Source of the DNA: Moraxella nasicaprae
GTDB lineage: Bacteria > Pseudomonadota > Gammaproteobacteria > Pseudomonadales > Moraxellaceae
Direction: 5' to 3'
Assembly (NCBI RefSeq): GCF_025643275.1
Contig: NZ_CP089977.1
Span: forward strand, 330,001-362,000
Length of the DNA: 32,000 nucleotides
The notes under the pieces are model-generated. The model saw nothing but the letters and a program-made list of their open reading frames with translations, searched no databases and had not been told where the DNA came from. Below, piece after piece: positions 8,727 through 16,862 of this stretch (positions within the stretch are counted from its first letter, which is position 1; each line of letters begins with the position of its first letter). The position numbers and the translations under genes were made by a program.

Positions 8727-8757
8727 AAAAATTGGGTCAATATTGACCCAATTTTTT
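8727..8757. terminator. Bidirectional intrinsic terminator between convergent fpr and HIT genes
   Basis: A perfect inverted repeat pairs ATTGGGTCAA (8731-8740) with TTGACCCAAT (8743-8752). It is flanked by an A-run on the left and a T7 run on the right. Confidence 0.8.
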
Positions 8758-8770
8758 TGCAATTCATCAT

Positions 8771-9205
8771 TTATTTGGCATGGATTTGATGAGCAAGCTC
8801 CTTAGCAAGTGCTGCCAGCTCATCATGATTTGCCATCTTGTTTGGGGCTGGATCTCGACTGATGTTATAAAGGTTGGTTGGAATTAGGTGCAAGTGATAA
8901 TGAAACACCGACTGCCCAATACTGCTTCCATTTAGTTGCAATGCAACCGACCCCTCTACACCCAATACTTTTTGCTGAGCTTTCATCACTTTTTGGGCAG
9001 TGGCAAGCACAGCAGCACCGTAGTCTAGTGGCAAATCAGCAAGATTGACCGCTTTGCATTTAGGAATCACCAGCACATGCCCTCGTGTGTCAGGCATGAT
9101 ATCCATGAATGCCAAAGTCATCTCATCTTCATACACTCTATGGCAGGGAATTTCTCCACGCAAAATCTTGGAAAAAATGTTGTTGTCGTCATAAATTTGA
9201 CTCAT
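8771..9205 (-). CDS. HIT (histidine triad) family nucleotide hydrolase/transferase
   Basis: Histidine triad motif HYHLHLIP is present, with an N-terminus IFSKILRGEIPCHRVYEDE typical of HinT-like proteins. The start is placed at MSQIYDD (9205) because GGAGA lies 5 nt upstream. The longer frame to 9220 cannot be excluded. Confidence 0.85.
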   Translation of the reverse strand: MSQIYDDNNIFSKILRGEIPCHRVYEDEMTLAFMDIMPDTRGHVLVIPKCKAVNLADLPLDYGAAVLATAQKVMKAQQKVLGVEGSVALQLNGSSIGQSVFHYHLHLIPTNLYNISRDPAPNKMANHDELAALAKELAHQIHAK

Positions 9206-9295
9206 TGGATTCTCCATCAATCATTACAAAAACGCATTTTATTTTAACACGGTTTTTGTGTTATAGTAGTATTTTTTGGGTTCAAGGCAATCTTA

Positions 9296-9967
9296 ATGAC
9301 AAGCGAACAGACATCACTGATTTTACAAGAATTATTAACCGATGAATCCATCGCTTTTCGTGTGCATAATGTCAAAATCAGCAAGCTATCTGATGAGGTG
9401 GACTTGCCACAGATGTTTTTGGCTCATTATAGCAGTCTGGACGAAGAGATTCGAGCCAGTACGCCACTGAGCGACCAACTACTTCGCCATATCAATCAAA
9501 TGATGAATGCCAATCAAGCCAGCACACTACTAGGCTTACCAGCTGGAACCGTTCGCCCTGCTCATCACATCAAAATCAACGGCACGGCAGTCATCGCCCA
9601 TCATGATTTATCCATTGCTTTACACCTGTCATTCACCAATACCGCCAAATCCAGCCAAGCGGTCTATGGGCAAGATGTCAGAGCCTTGATTGAAACACAA
9701 GCCAATGCTTGGCAATTTGCTGGCAATGTCAATCTACTACACAAATCAAGCAAACACACACTCATCAGTCAGGATTTGCACGACCAGCAATTAACCATCA
9801 AGCCTAGTGATGGCTATATTCGCCTACCCAACAGCCACGCCCTTGCCACAACGCACACGCTCAATACCTTAAAACACACCACACCATCACAACTGACCCA
9901 CCTACAACAAGCCATCATCGAAAAAATCATGGCAACTTTCGATGAACAGCAAGAAATGAACGGTTAG
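9296..9967 (+). CDS. Hypothetical protein (223 aa), no family recognised
   Basis: A single long ORF fills the interval, divergent from the HIT gene. Codon composition resembles its neighbours. It has no signal peptide or TM segment and is His/Gln/Thr-rich. I do not recognise any motif. Confidence 0.6.
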   Translation: MTSEQTSLILQELLTDESIAFRVHNVKISKLSDEVDLPQMFLAHYSSLDEEIRASTPLSDQLLRHINQMMNANQASTLLGLPAGTVRPAHHIKINGTAVIAHHDLSIALHLSFTNTAKSSQAVYGQDVRALIETQANAWQFAGNVNLLHKSSKHTLISQDLHDQQLTIKPSDGYIRLPNSHALATTHTLNTLKHTTPSQLTHLQQAIIEKIMATFDEQQEMNG

Positions 9968-10052
9968 TATTGGTGGTCATTTTTTATAAAATATTTTTAT
10001 GATTATCATAATAAAATAAACTTAAAATGATACATGACGCCCTTTTTAAATA

Positions 10053-10061
10053 TGCTAAAAT
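10053..10061 (+). promoter_or_regulatory. Putative extended -10 promoter element (TGCTAAAAT) upstream of ilvD
   Basis: TGnTAnAAT 9-mer located 58 nt upstream of the ilvD ATG. Confidence 0.4.
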
Positions 10062-10118
10062 AGGTTCGTCATAGCCAGTTATTACTAGCCCAATCTTAAA
10101 TAATCAGGAAAAAATATT

Positions 10119-12017
10119 ATGCCAACTTACCGCTCCAAAACTTCTACATCAGGTCGCAATATGGCAGGTGCTCGTGCCTTGTGGCGTGCCACAGGTATGA
10201 CCGATGAGGATTTTAATAAGCCCATCATCGCCATTGCCAACTCCTTTACCCAGTTTGTGCCTGGACACGTGCATTTAAAGGATTTAGGGCAACTGGTCGC
10301 TCGTGAGATTGAAAAAGCAGGTGGTGTCGCCAAAGAGTTTAACACCATTGCTGTAGATGACGGCATTGCAATGGGGCATAGTGGTATGCTTTACAGCTTG
10401 CCAAGCCGTGATTTGATTGCCGACAGCGTAGAATATATGGTTAATGCCCATTGTGCGGACGCACTTGTATGTATTTCCAACTGCGATAAAATCACCCCTG
10501 GTATGCTGATGGCGGCTTTACGCTTAAACATTCCCACCATTTTTGTCTCTGGCGGGCCGATGGAGGCTGGTAAGGTCTTGGCAAGTGAGCTTGCGGACGG
10601 ACATACCACGCACGAGACCGTAACTTCTGATGACGGCAAAAAAGTGCGAAAGTTGGATTTGGTGGACGCAATGATTGATGCAGCGGACGACCTTATCAGT
10701 GATGAAGATGTGGCTAGCGTGGAACGCTCGGCTTGCCCCACTTGTGGCAGTTGTTCTGGTATGTTTACCGCCAATTCTATGAACTGCTTAACCGAAGCCT
10801 TAGGCTTGTCTTTACCTGCTAACGGTTCACTCTTAGCCACGCACGCCAAGCGAAAAGAGCTGTTTTTACAGGCAGGCAGAATGATTGTTGAGCTTGCCAA
10901 ACGCCATTATGAAGGCGATGATTATAGCGTTTTGCCAAGAAGTATCGCCACCAAGTCGGCTTTTGAAAATGCAATGAGCCTTGACATTGCAATGGGCGGT
11001 AGCACCAATACCATTTTACACCTTTTGGCGGCTGCACACGAGGCAGGCGTGGACTTTAAAATGGCGGACATTGACCGTCTGTCTCGCTCTGTACCGTGCC
11101 TATCCAAAGTCGCCCCTGCGACGCAAAAATACCATATGGAAGATGTCCACCGTGCAGGGGGGGTAATGGGGATTTTGGCAGAATTAGACCGAGCAGGACT
11201 GCTGACGACCGATGTACCAACCGTGCATTCCCCCACCTTGAAAGACGCTCTTGCCAAATGGGATATTATGAATCCTGACAATGTCGAGGCAAGAAACCTT
11301 TATATCGCCGCCCCTGCTGGCATTCGCACCACGCAAGCATTTAGCCAAAACCGTGAATGGTCAAATCTTGATGTCAATCGTGAATCTGGCTGTATTCGTA
11401 GTAAAGAATTTGCGTACAGTCAAGACGGTGGCTTGGCAGTGCTGTTTGGCAACATTGCCGAGCGTGGCTGTGTGGTTAAGACGGCAGGCGTGGACGAAAG
11501 TATCCTTAAATTTACAGGGCGAGCCAGAGTCTTTGAAAGCCAAGACAGTGCGGTGGAGGCAATCCTTGCCGACCAAATTGTCGCAGGCGACATTGTCATC
11601 ATCCGCTATGAAGGCCCCAAAGGCGGGCCAGGTATGCAAGAAATGCTCTATCCGACTTCTTATTTAAAATCAAAGGGTTTGGGTAAGGCGTGTGCGTTGC
11701 TCACAGACGGCAGATTTAGCGGTGGCACATCAGGGCTGTCTATCGGACACGCAAGCCCAGAGGCGGCAGAAGGTGGTAATATTGCCTTGGTGGAAGAGTT
11801 TGATACCATTATCATTGACATTCCAAACCGCTCTATCCACCTAGATGTTACGGACGATGAGTTAAACGCACGCCGTGAAGCGATGAACGCAAAAGGCAAA
11901 CAAGCGTGGAAACCTGTCAATCGTAAGCGTGAGGTTAGCCAAGCCCTACGAGCCTATGCAGCCCTGACCACCAGTGCCGATACAGGGGCGGTCAGAGATG
12001 TGAGCCAAGTAGAATAA
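10119..12017 (+). CDS. ilvD: Dihydroxy-acid dehydratase
   Basis: 632 aa and near-collinear with E. coli IlvD. Shared segments include [86 protein letters not shown] and [17 protein letters not shown]. Confidence 0.97.
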   Translation: MPTYRSKTSTSGRNMAGARALWRATGMTDEDFNKPIIAIANSFTQFVPGHVHLKDLGQLVAREIEKAGGVAKEFNTIAVDDGIAMGHSGMLYSLPSRDLIADSVEYMVNAHCADALVCISNCDKITPGMLMAALRLNIPTIFVSGGPMEAGKVLASELADGHTTHETVTSDDGKKVRKLDLVDAMIDAADDLISDEDVASVERSACPTCGSCSGMFTANSMNCLTEALGLSLPANGSLLATHAKRKELFLQAGRMIVELAKRHYEGDDYSVLPRSIATKSAFENAMSLDIAMGGSTNTILHLLAAAHEAGVDFKMADIDRLSRSVPCLSKVAPATQKYHMEDVHRAGGVMGILAELDRAGLLTTDVPTVHSPTLKDALAKWDIMNPDNVEARNLYIAAPAGIRTTQAFSQNREWSNLDVNRESGCIRSKEFAYSQDGGLAVLFGNIAERGCVVKTAGVDESILKFTGRARVFESQDSAVEAILADQIVAGDIVIIRYEGPKGGPGMQEMLYPTSYLKSKGLGKACALLTDGRFSGGTSGLSIGHASPEAAEGGNIALVEEFDTIIIDIPNRSIHLDVTDDELNARREAMNAKGKQAWKPVNRKREVSQALRAYAALTTSADTGAVRDVSQVE

Positions 12018-12024
12018 ATCTGAT

Positions 12025-12051
12025 AAAAGCCGTTATTTTAACGGCTTTTTT
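12025..12051 (+). terminator. Intrinsic terminator after ilvD
   Basis: Stem AGCCGTT (12028-12034) pairs with AACGGCT (12040-12046), with loop ATTTT, followed by a T6 run. Confidence 0.75.
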
Positions 12052-12080
12052 ATAAATCTTTTAACCCATTCGGAGTAGAT

Positions 12081-12680
12081 ATGCACACACTTTACACCAA
12101 TGCCACCACGCCTTATGGCAGAATCATTCTTTTGGTCGCCAAGTTATATCAAGTTGATTTGGAACTAAAATCAGTTGCACCCTTTGAACTACCAACAGAA
12201 CTTACTAAGCTCAATCCTTTTAGCCAAGTGCCGACTTTGCTGCTGGATAATGGCGATGTGATTACTGAAACACCGCTAATTTTACAAGCCATTGCACCCC
12301 AGCTTTATGCCGACAATCCAGAATACAATCTACCCAAGCTGGCAAAAGCCTTAGGTATTTTGTTTCAGGGTGTGCGAGCAATCTCACTGACCAGATTGGC
12401 AGATGGCGACAGTAACAGCCACCCATTTATTGCTCGCTCTTGCCAACTGCTAAAAAATACCCTGCCCGACTTACCTGTGCTAAATGCAGACAGTCCGCAT
12501 TGGGGAGATAAGATTTTGATGGCAGCATTGGCTTGGATTGAGTTTCGCTTGCCAGAAGTTTATGCCACGCTAAGTGATGACAATAAACAAGCGGTCGCAG
12601 AATTTTCCCAAACAGAGCTGATGCAAAAAACCAGCCCACAAGCCCTAGAACAACTACCAAGTCATATTAGCCAGCTTTAA
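12081..12680 (+). CDS. Glutathione S-transferase family protein (thioredoxin-fold N-domain)
   Basis: 199 aa. The N-terminal beta-alpha-beta region containing NPFSQVPTLLLDNGDVITETPLILQAI matches the GST N-domain G-site pattern (cis-Pro followed by E/S-T). The C-terminal half is helical. Confidence 0.7.
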   Translation: MHTLYTNATTPYGRIILLVAKLYQVDLELKSVAPFELPTELTKLNPFSQVPTLLLDNGDVITETPLILQAIAPQLYADNPEYNLPKLAKALGILFQGVRAISLTRLADGDSNSHPFIARSCQLLKNTLPDLPVLNADSPHWGDKILMAALAWIEFRLPEVYATLSDDNKQAVAEFSQTELMQKTSPQALEQLPSHISQL

Positions 12681-12697
12681 TCCACTAATCACACCAA

Positions 12698-12728
12698 TAA
12701 AAAATCTCTCTTTATGAGAGATTTTTTA
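12698..12728. terminator. Bidirectional intrinsic terminator between convergent GST-like gene and glnS
   Basis: Stem ATCTCTC (12704-12710) pairs with GAGAGAT (12716-12722), with loop TTTAT. It is flanked by an A-run on the left and a T-run on the right. Confidence 0.8.
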
Positions 12729-12745
12729 TTGAACAACTTAACCCA

Positions 12746-14527
12746 TCATTCAGGCTTGAAGCTGTCTTTTAGACCGACAATCTGATTAAAGACTGGCTTG
12801 TCGCTGGTATGTTCAACAAAGTCAGCCACAAAGTAGCTTTCTCGCTCAAACTGAAAACGCTCGCCTGCCACAGCTTTTGCCAAATCTGGTTCGACTACCG
12901 CCTGACAGATGGTCAAAGAATTGGGATTTAGGTGCTGTTTAATCCAAATCGTATCCGCATCATCGCCATCTGTTGCTGCTGGCAAATCAGCAATCTCATC
13001 ATCTTCAAGCAATAGATGTTCATACAAACGAACCGTTGCAGGCACACCATGCGTTGCCGATACCCAATGAATCACGCCTTTAACCTTGCGACCTTCTGGA
13101 TTGTTACCCAAAGTCTTTTCGTCAATGCTAGCAATCAGCTCAACCACTTCGCCCTGCTCATTTAGGATGTGCTCATCAATTTTAAGCACATAACTATTAC
13201 GAAGACGAATCTCTGGATTTTCTGGCGATAGACGCTTATAACCTGCTGGCGGATTGATTTGATAATCTGCTTGGTCGATATAAATGGTCTTGGTAAATGG
13301 AATCTGTCTATTGCCCAAATCCAAATTTGGGTGCTTAGGCTGACTTAGCCATAGTACACCATCGGTTAGCGTGGCAACGGTTTTTTCAGATTTTAAGGCA
13401 TCAAAATTCGCCACCGCTTCATCAAAATTTTTGATGGTCACTTTTAATGGTCTTAGTACCGCCATGCCACGAGCAGTATTGTCTTCTAGCGATTTACGCA
13501 CGCTAAATTCCAGCATACGAAAATCCACCAAACCATCAGATTTGGTAATACCCACTCGCTCACAAAAATCTTTTAGACCTTCTGGCGTATAGCCACGACG
13601 ACGCATACCTGCCACCGTTGGCATTCTTGGGTCATCCCAACCTGTGACCACACCCATCTCCACCAAGCGTTTTAGTTTGCGTTTTGAAGTGAGCGTGTGG
13701 TCGATGTTCAAACGACTAAATTCATATTGGTGGGGCGGATTGTCAAAACCAACTTTCTCAACCACCCAATCATAAAATGGACGATGGTCCTCAAATTCAA
13801 GTGTACACAACGAATGCGTAATACCCTCCAAAGCATCAGACAAAGGGTGTGCATAATCATACATTGGATAAATGCACCATTTATCGCCTGTCTGATGATG
13901 ATGAGCATGCATCACACGATAAATGACAGGGTCTCGCATATTGATGTTAGGGTGCGTCATATCAATCTTGGCACGCAACACCGCCTGACCTTCGGCAAAC
14001 TCGCCTGCACGCATCTTTTCAAATAACGCCAAATTTTCAGCCACGCTATGATTGCGATAAGGCGAATCCTTACCCACCTCCCAAGAAGTGCCACGATTGG
14101 CTTTAAGTTCCTCAGGGCTTTGTAAATCAACATAGGCATCGCCTTGTTCGATGAGCTGTACCGCCCACGCATACAACTGGTCAAAATAGCCAGAAGCATA
14201 ACGCACCTCGCCCTGCCAATCAAAACCCAGCCACTGAACATCTGCTTTGATGCTATCAACATAATCTTGTTTTTCGGCAGTTGGGTTTGTATCGTCAAAT
14301 CGCAAATTACACGCACCGCCAAATTCTCCTGCCACACCAAAATTTAGGCAAATTGATTTTACATGCCCGATATGTAGATAGCCATTTGGCTCTGGTGGAA
14401 AACGGGTCAAGATACTTTGGTGTTTGCCAGATTGTAAATCTTCACGAATGATGGTACGAATAAAATCATTTTTTTCGGTGGTGGTAGAAATGTCGCTCAT
14501 TTGGCTTAATCCATATTCTTTCGTCAT
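12746..14527 (-). CDS. glnS: Glutamine--tRNA ligase
   Basis: 593 aa class I aaRS. The HIGH motif is in PPEPNGYLHIGH and the KMSKS-type loop is LTSKRKL. GlnRS-specific segments are present (NLRFDDTNP, YDYAHPLSDALEGITHSLCTLEF, C-terminal anticodon-binding barrels). An alternative start at MSDIST (14500) is possible. Confidence 0.93.
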   Translation of the reverse strand: MTKEYGLSQMSDISTTTEKNDFIRTIIREDLQSGKHQSILTRFPPEPNGYLHIGHVKSICLNFGVAGEFGGACNLRFDDTNPTAEKQDYVDSIKADVQWLGFDWQGEVRYASGYFDQLYAWAVQLIEQGDAYVDLQSPEELKANRGTSWEVGKDSPYRNHSVAENLALFEKMRAGEFAEGQAVLRAKIDMTHPNINMRDPVIYRVMHAHHHQTGDKWCIYPMYDYAHPLSDALEGITHSLCTLEFEDHRPFYDWVVEKVGFDNPPHQYEFSRLNIDHTLTSKRKLKRLVEMGVVTGWDDPRMPTVAGMRRRGYTPEGLKDFCERVGITKSDGLVDFRMLEFSVRKSLEDNTARGMAVLRPLKVTIKNFDEAVANFDALKSEKTVATLTDGVLWLSQPKHPNLDLGNRQIPFTKTIYIDQADYQINPPAGYKRLSPENPEIRLRNSYVLKIDEHILNEQGEVVELIASIDEKTLGNNPEGRKVKGVIHWVSATHGVPATVRLYEHLLLEDDEIADLPAATDGDDADTIWIKQHLNPNSLTICQAVVEPDLAKAVAGERFQFERESYFVADFVEHTSDKPVFNQIVGLKDSFKPE

Positions 14528-14613
14528 AAATTATCCAATTCTAACATAACAGACTGACAACGCAAGAATTTTTTACCTGTTGGTACTAATTTTCTTTATC
14601 CTTGTTAAAGTTG

Positions 14614-14622
14614 TGCTATAAT
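14614..14622 (+). promoter_or_regulatory. Putative extended -10 promoter element (TGCTATAAT) upstream of ppiB-lpxH
   Basis: TGnTATAAT located 91 nt upstream of the preferred ppiB start. Confidence 0.4.
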
Positions 14623-14712
14623 GCTTGCAATACTCACGCCAAATCCATTTATTTTTGGTATTTGGCAAACATTATCAGACCTATTTATTGTGTTAATTTT
14701 AAGGAAATCGTT

Positions 14713-15222
14713 ATGGATTTACCAATCGTACAGCTTGAAACCACCGCTGGCAATATCGTGCTTGAACTAAACAGCGAAAAAGCACCATTGACCGTTGCCA
14801 ACTTCATCGATTATGTTGAGTCAGGTCATTATGATGGTACTATTTTTCACCGTGTGATTGATGGCTTTATGATTCAAGGCGGTGGCATGACTGCTGACAT
14901 GAGCGAAAAAAATACTGGCACGCCAATCAAAAATGAAGCGGATAACGGTCTTGCCAACAAAACTGGCACGATTGCCATGGCTCGTACCTCTGACCCACAC
15001 TCTGCTACTGCTCAATTTTTCATCAATGTCAAAGACAATGATTTTCTAAACTATTCAAGCCCAACACCACAAGGTTGGGGCTATGCCGTATTCGGTCAGG
15101 TCATCGAGGGCATGGATGTTGTTAATCAAATCAAAGGCGTGCCAACAGGTCGTTTTGGCTATCACGCTGATGTGCCAACAACACCAATCGTCATCAATAC
15201 CGCCAAAGTCGTCAAGAAATAA
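14713..15222 (+). CDS. ppiB: Peptidyl-prolyl cis-trans isomerase B (cyclophilin type)
   Basis: The ORF-track frame 14602.. is trimmed to the ATG at 14713 ([19 protein letters not shown]), which is preceded by AAGGAA. The 169-aa product is collinear with E. coli PpiB, sharing [36 protein letters not shown] and [17 protein letters not shown]. Confidence 0.93.
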   Translation: MDLPIVQLETTAGNIVLELNSEKAPLTVANFIDYVESGHYDGTIFHRVIDGFMIQGGGMTADMSEKNTGTPIKNEADNGLANKTGTIAMARTSDPHSATAQFFINVKDNDFLNYSSPTPQGWGYAVFGQVIEGMDVVNQIKGVPTGRFGYHADVPTTPIVINTAKVVKK

Positions 15223-16016
15223 TGCCTAGTGTTGATTATTTTTTGACCAAAAAACCGTCTGACATTCAGGCGGTTTTTGTTAGCGATTTACATCTATCTG
15301 CCCAAACAGACGCATTTAACCGTGCTTTTGTTCATCTGCTGACGGATTTGTCGCACCTGCCTCATCTTAATGCAGTCTATATTTTAGGCGATTGGCTTGA
15401 TGGCTGGATTGGCGATGATGATTATTTATCACTGGATTCTGCCCAAAAAAACACCCATTGGCTGACACCTATTTTGACCGCCCTAACCGCTCTGAGCCAA
15501 AAAAATATCGCCATCTATGTCATGTGTGGCAATCGAGATTTTGCCATCAGTCAAAAATTATGCGATATTTTTCATGGTACATTGATTAAAGAACCTTATC
15601 AATTAACCACCAAGCACCACACCATTCGCCTAGAACATGGCGATGCTCTATGCACTGACGATAAGTCCTATCAACGCTATCGCAGCATCATTCGCAATCG
15701 TATCATATTACAGATTTTGCTCATGCTGCCATTGTCATACAGACGCAAAATCGCTGGCAACATCAAACAACAATCCCATCAAGACAAACAAAAAAAATCC
15801 AGCAATATCATGGATGTCAATCCAAAAACCGTCCAAGATGCCCTACAACATTGTGATGTGTTATTACACGGTCATACGCATCGCCCTGCCATACACACCC
15901 ATGAAAATAAAACCAGAATCGTACTGGGCGACTGGCGATTAACCGACCAAAAAGTATCTGCACACATCGTGATGATGATTGATGACGAGCTTCATTTGGC
16001 AGAATTTCACGCATAA
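15222..16016 (+). CDS. lpxH: UDP-2,3-diacylglucosamine diphosphatase
   Basis: 264 aa calcineurin-like metallophosphoesterase with LpxH motifs: VSDLHLS, GDWLDGWIGDD, GNRDF, HGDALCTDD, IMDVN and HGHTHRP. Its ATG overlaps the ppiB stop (TAATG). The ppiB-lpxH adjacency matches E. coli. Confidence 0.93.
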   Translation: MPSVDYFLTKKPSDIQAVFVSDLHLSAQTDAFNRAFVHLLTDLSHLPHLNAVYILGDWLDGWIGDDDYLSLDSAQKNTHWLTPILTALTALSQKNIAIYVMCGNRDFAISQKLCDIFHGTLIKEPYQLTTKHHTIRLEHGDALCTDDKSYQRYRSIIRNRIILQILLMLPLSYRRKIAGNIKQQSHQDKQKKSSNIMDVNPKTVQDALQHCDVLLHGHTHRPAIHTHENKTRIVLGDWRLTDQKVSAHIVMMIDDELHLAEFHA

Positions 16017-16046
16017 AAAAATCCGTTTAAAAAAAACGGATTTTTT
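16015..16046. terminator. Bidirectional intrinsic terminator between convergent lpxH and orn
   Basis: Stem ATCCGTT (16021-16027) pairs with AACGGAT (16035-16041). It is flanked by an A-run on the left and a T6 run on the right. Confidence 0.8.
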
Positions 16047-16057
16047 AGTTAATATCA

Positions 16058-16645
16058 TCAATCAAGCAATTTAAAAAAATGCTCACGGTAATGACGAAGT
16101 TCACGAATAGAATCTCGAATATCGTCCAACGCCAGATGCGAACCGCTTTTTTGATAACCATCAATCAAATCAGGTCGCCAACGATAGCACAGCTCTTTGA
16201 CAGAAGACACATCAAGATTGCGATAATGAAAATAGGCTTCTAACTTTGGCATTTGGCGAGCCAAAAAACGGCGGTCTTGGCAGATGGAGTTACCGCACAT
16301 TGGCGATATGCCAGCATCGACCCATTTTTTCAAAAATTCAATGGTCTGCTCTTCGGCATCAGCCAAAGTGACTTTGCTGCGTCGTACACGGTCGGTAAGA
16401 CCTGATTGTCCATGCTGCTTGGTACACCACTCGTCCATGCCGTTTAGGATAATGTCTGGCACTTTGATGGCAAGCACAGGACCTTCGGCAAGGATATTTA
16501 AATCATCGTCAGTAACAATGGTGGCAATCTCAATGATTTCATCTTTTTGGGTGTCAAGCCCTGTCATTTCCAAATCAATCCAAATCAAGGCTTTTTTTGC
16601 TTTGGCAGACGGTTTTGGTGTATGGATTTTTAGTTTATCACTCAT
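16058..16645 (-). CDS. orn: Oligoribonuclease
   Basis: 195 aa DEDDh exonuclease collinear with E. coli Orn. Shared segments are [51 protein letters not shown] and [19 protein letters not shown]. Confidence 0.95.
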   Translation of the reverse strand: MSDKLKIHTPKPSAKAKKALIWIDLEMTGLDTQKDEIIEIATIVTDDDLNILAEGPVLAIKVPDIILNGMDEWCTKQHGQSGLTDRVRRSKVTLADAEEQTIEFLKKWVDAGISPMCGNSICQDRRFLARQMPKLEAYFHYRNLDVSSVKELCYRWRPDLIDGYQKSGSHLALDDIRDSIRELRHYREHFFKLLD

Positions 16646-16783
16646 GGTAAATTTCCAATCTTTTTTGCCATTTTAGCATACTGACAAGCCATCGACCAAG
16701 TGCTAATTTACATAAAAATATGATGCCAAATCGCCCAATCAATCTATTTTTGGTATATCAGTAACAATCTCTTTACATTTTTG

Positions 16784-16830
16784 TTCAAATATCATACAAT
16801 TTAAATATAATGATAATTGTTCTTATTATC
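16784..16830 (+). promoter_or_regulatory. Putative tbpBA promoter with abutting Fur box
   Basis: The -35 is TTCAAA (16784-16789), followed by a 16-nt spacer and -10 TATAAT (16806-16811). The 19-mer GATAATTGTTCTTATTATC (16812-16830) matches the Fur consensus GATAATGATAATCATTATC at 14/19 positions, with both outer hexamers perfect. The inverted repeat is TGATAAT...ATTATCA. It lies 32 nt upstream of the tbpB ATG. Confidence 0.7.
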
Positions 16831-16862
16831 ATTTTTACTCAAAAATAAAAGGGAGTCTTCTG

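Noticed and set aside
11157-11163. G7 homopolymer inside ilvD as a potential phase-variation tract
   Set aside because: It encodes conserved residues (HRAGGVMG) of a housekeeping enzyme. The tract is short, and there is no contingency-locus context.
10127-11920. Multiple antisense and alternative-frame ORFs within ilvD (e.g. 10391..10900, 10922..11281, 11281..11667). The same situation occurs inside glnS, tbpA, tbpB, the lol permease gene and the MFS gene
   Set aside because: They are fully nested in strongly supported, homology-backed genes. They have no independent start signals or recognisable products.
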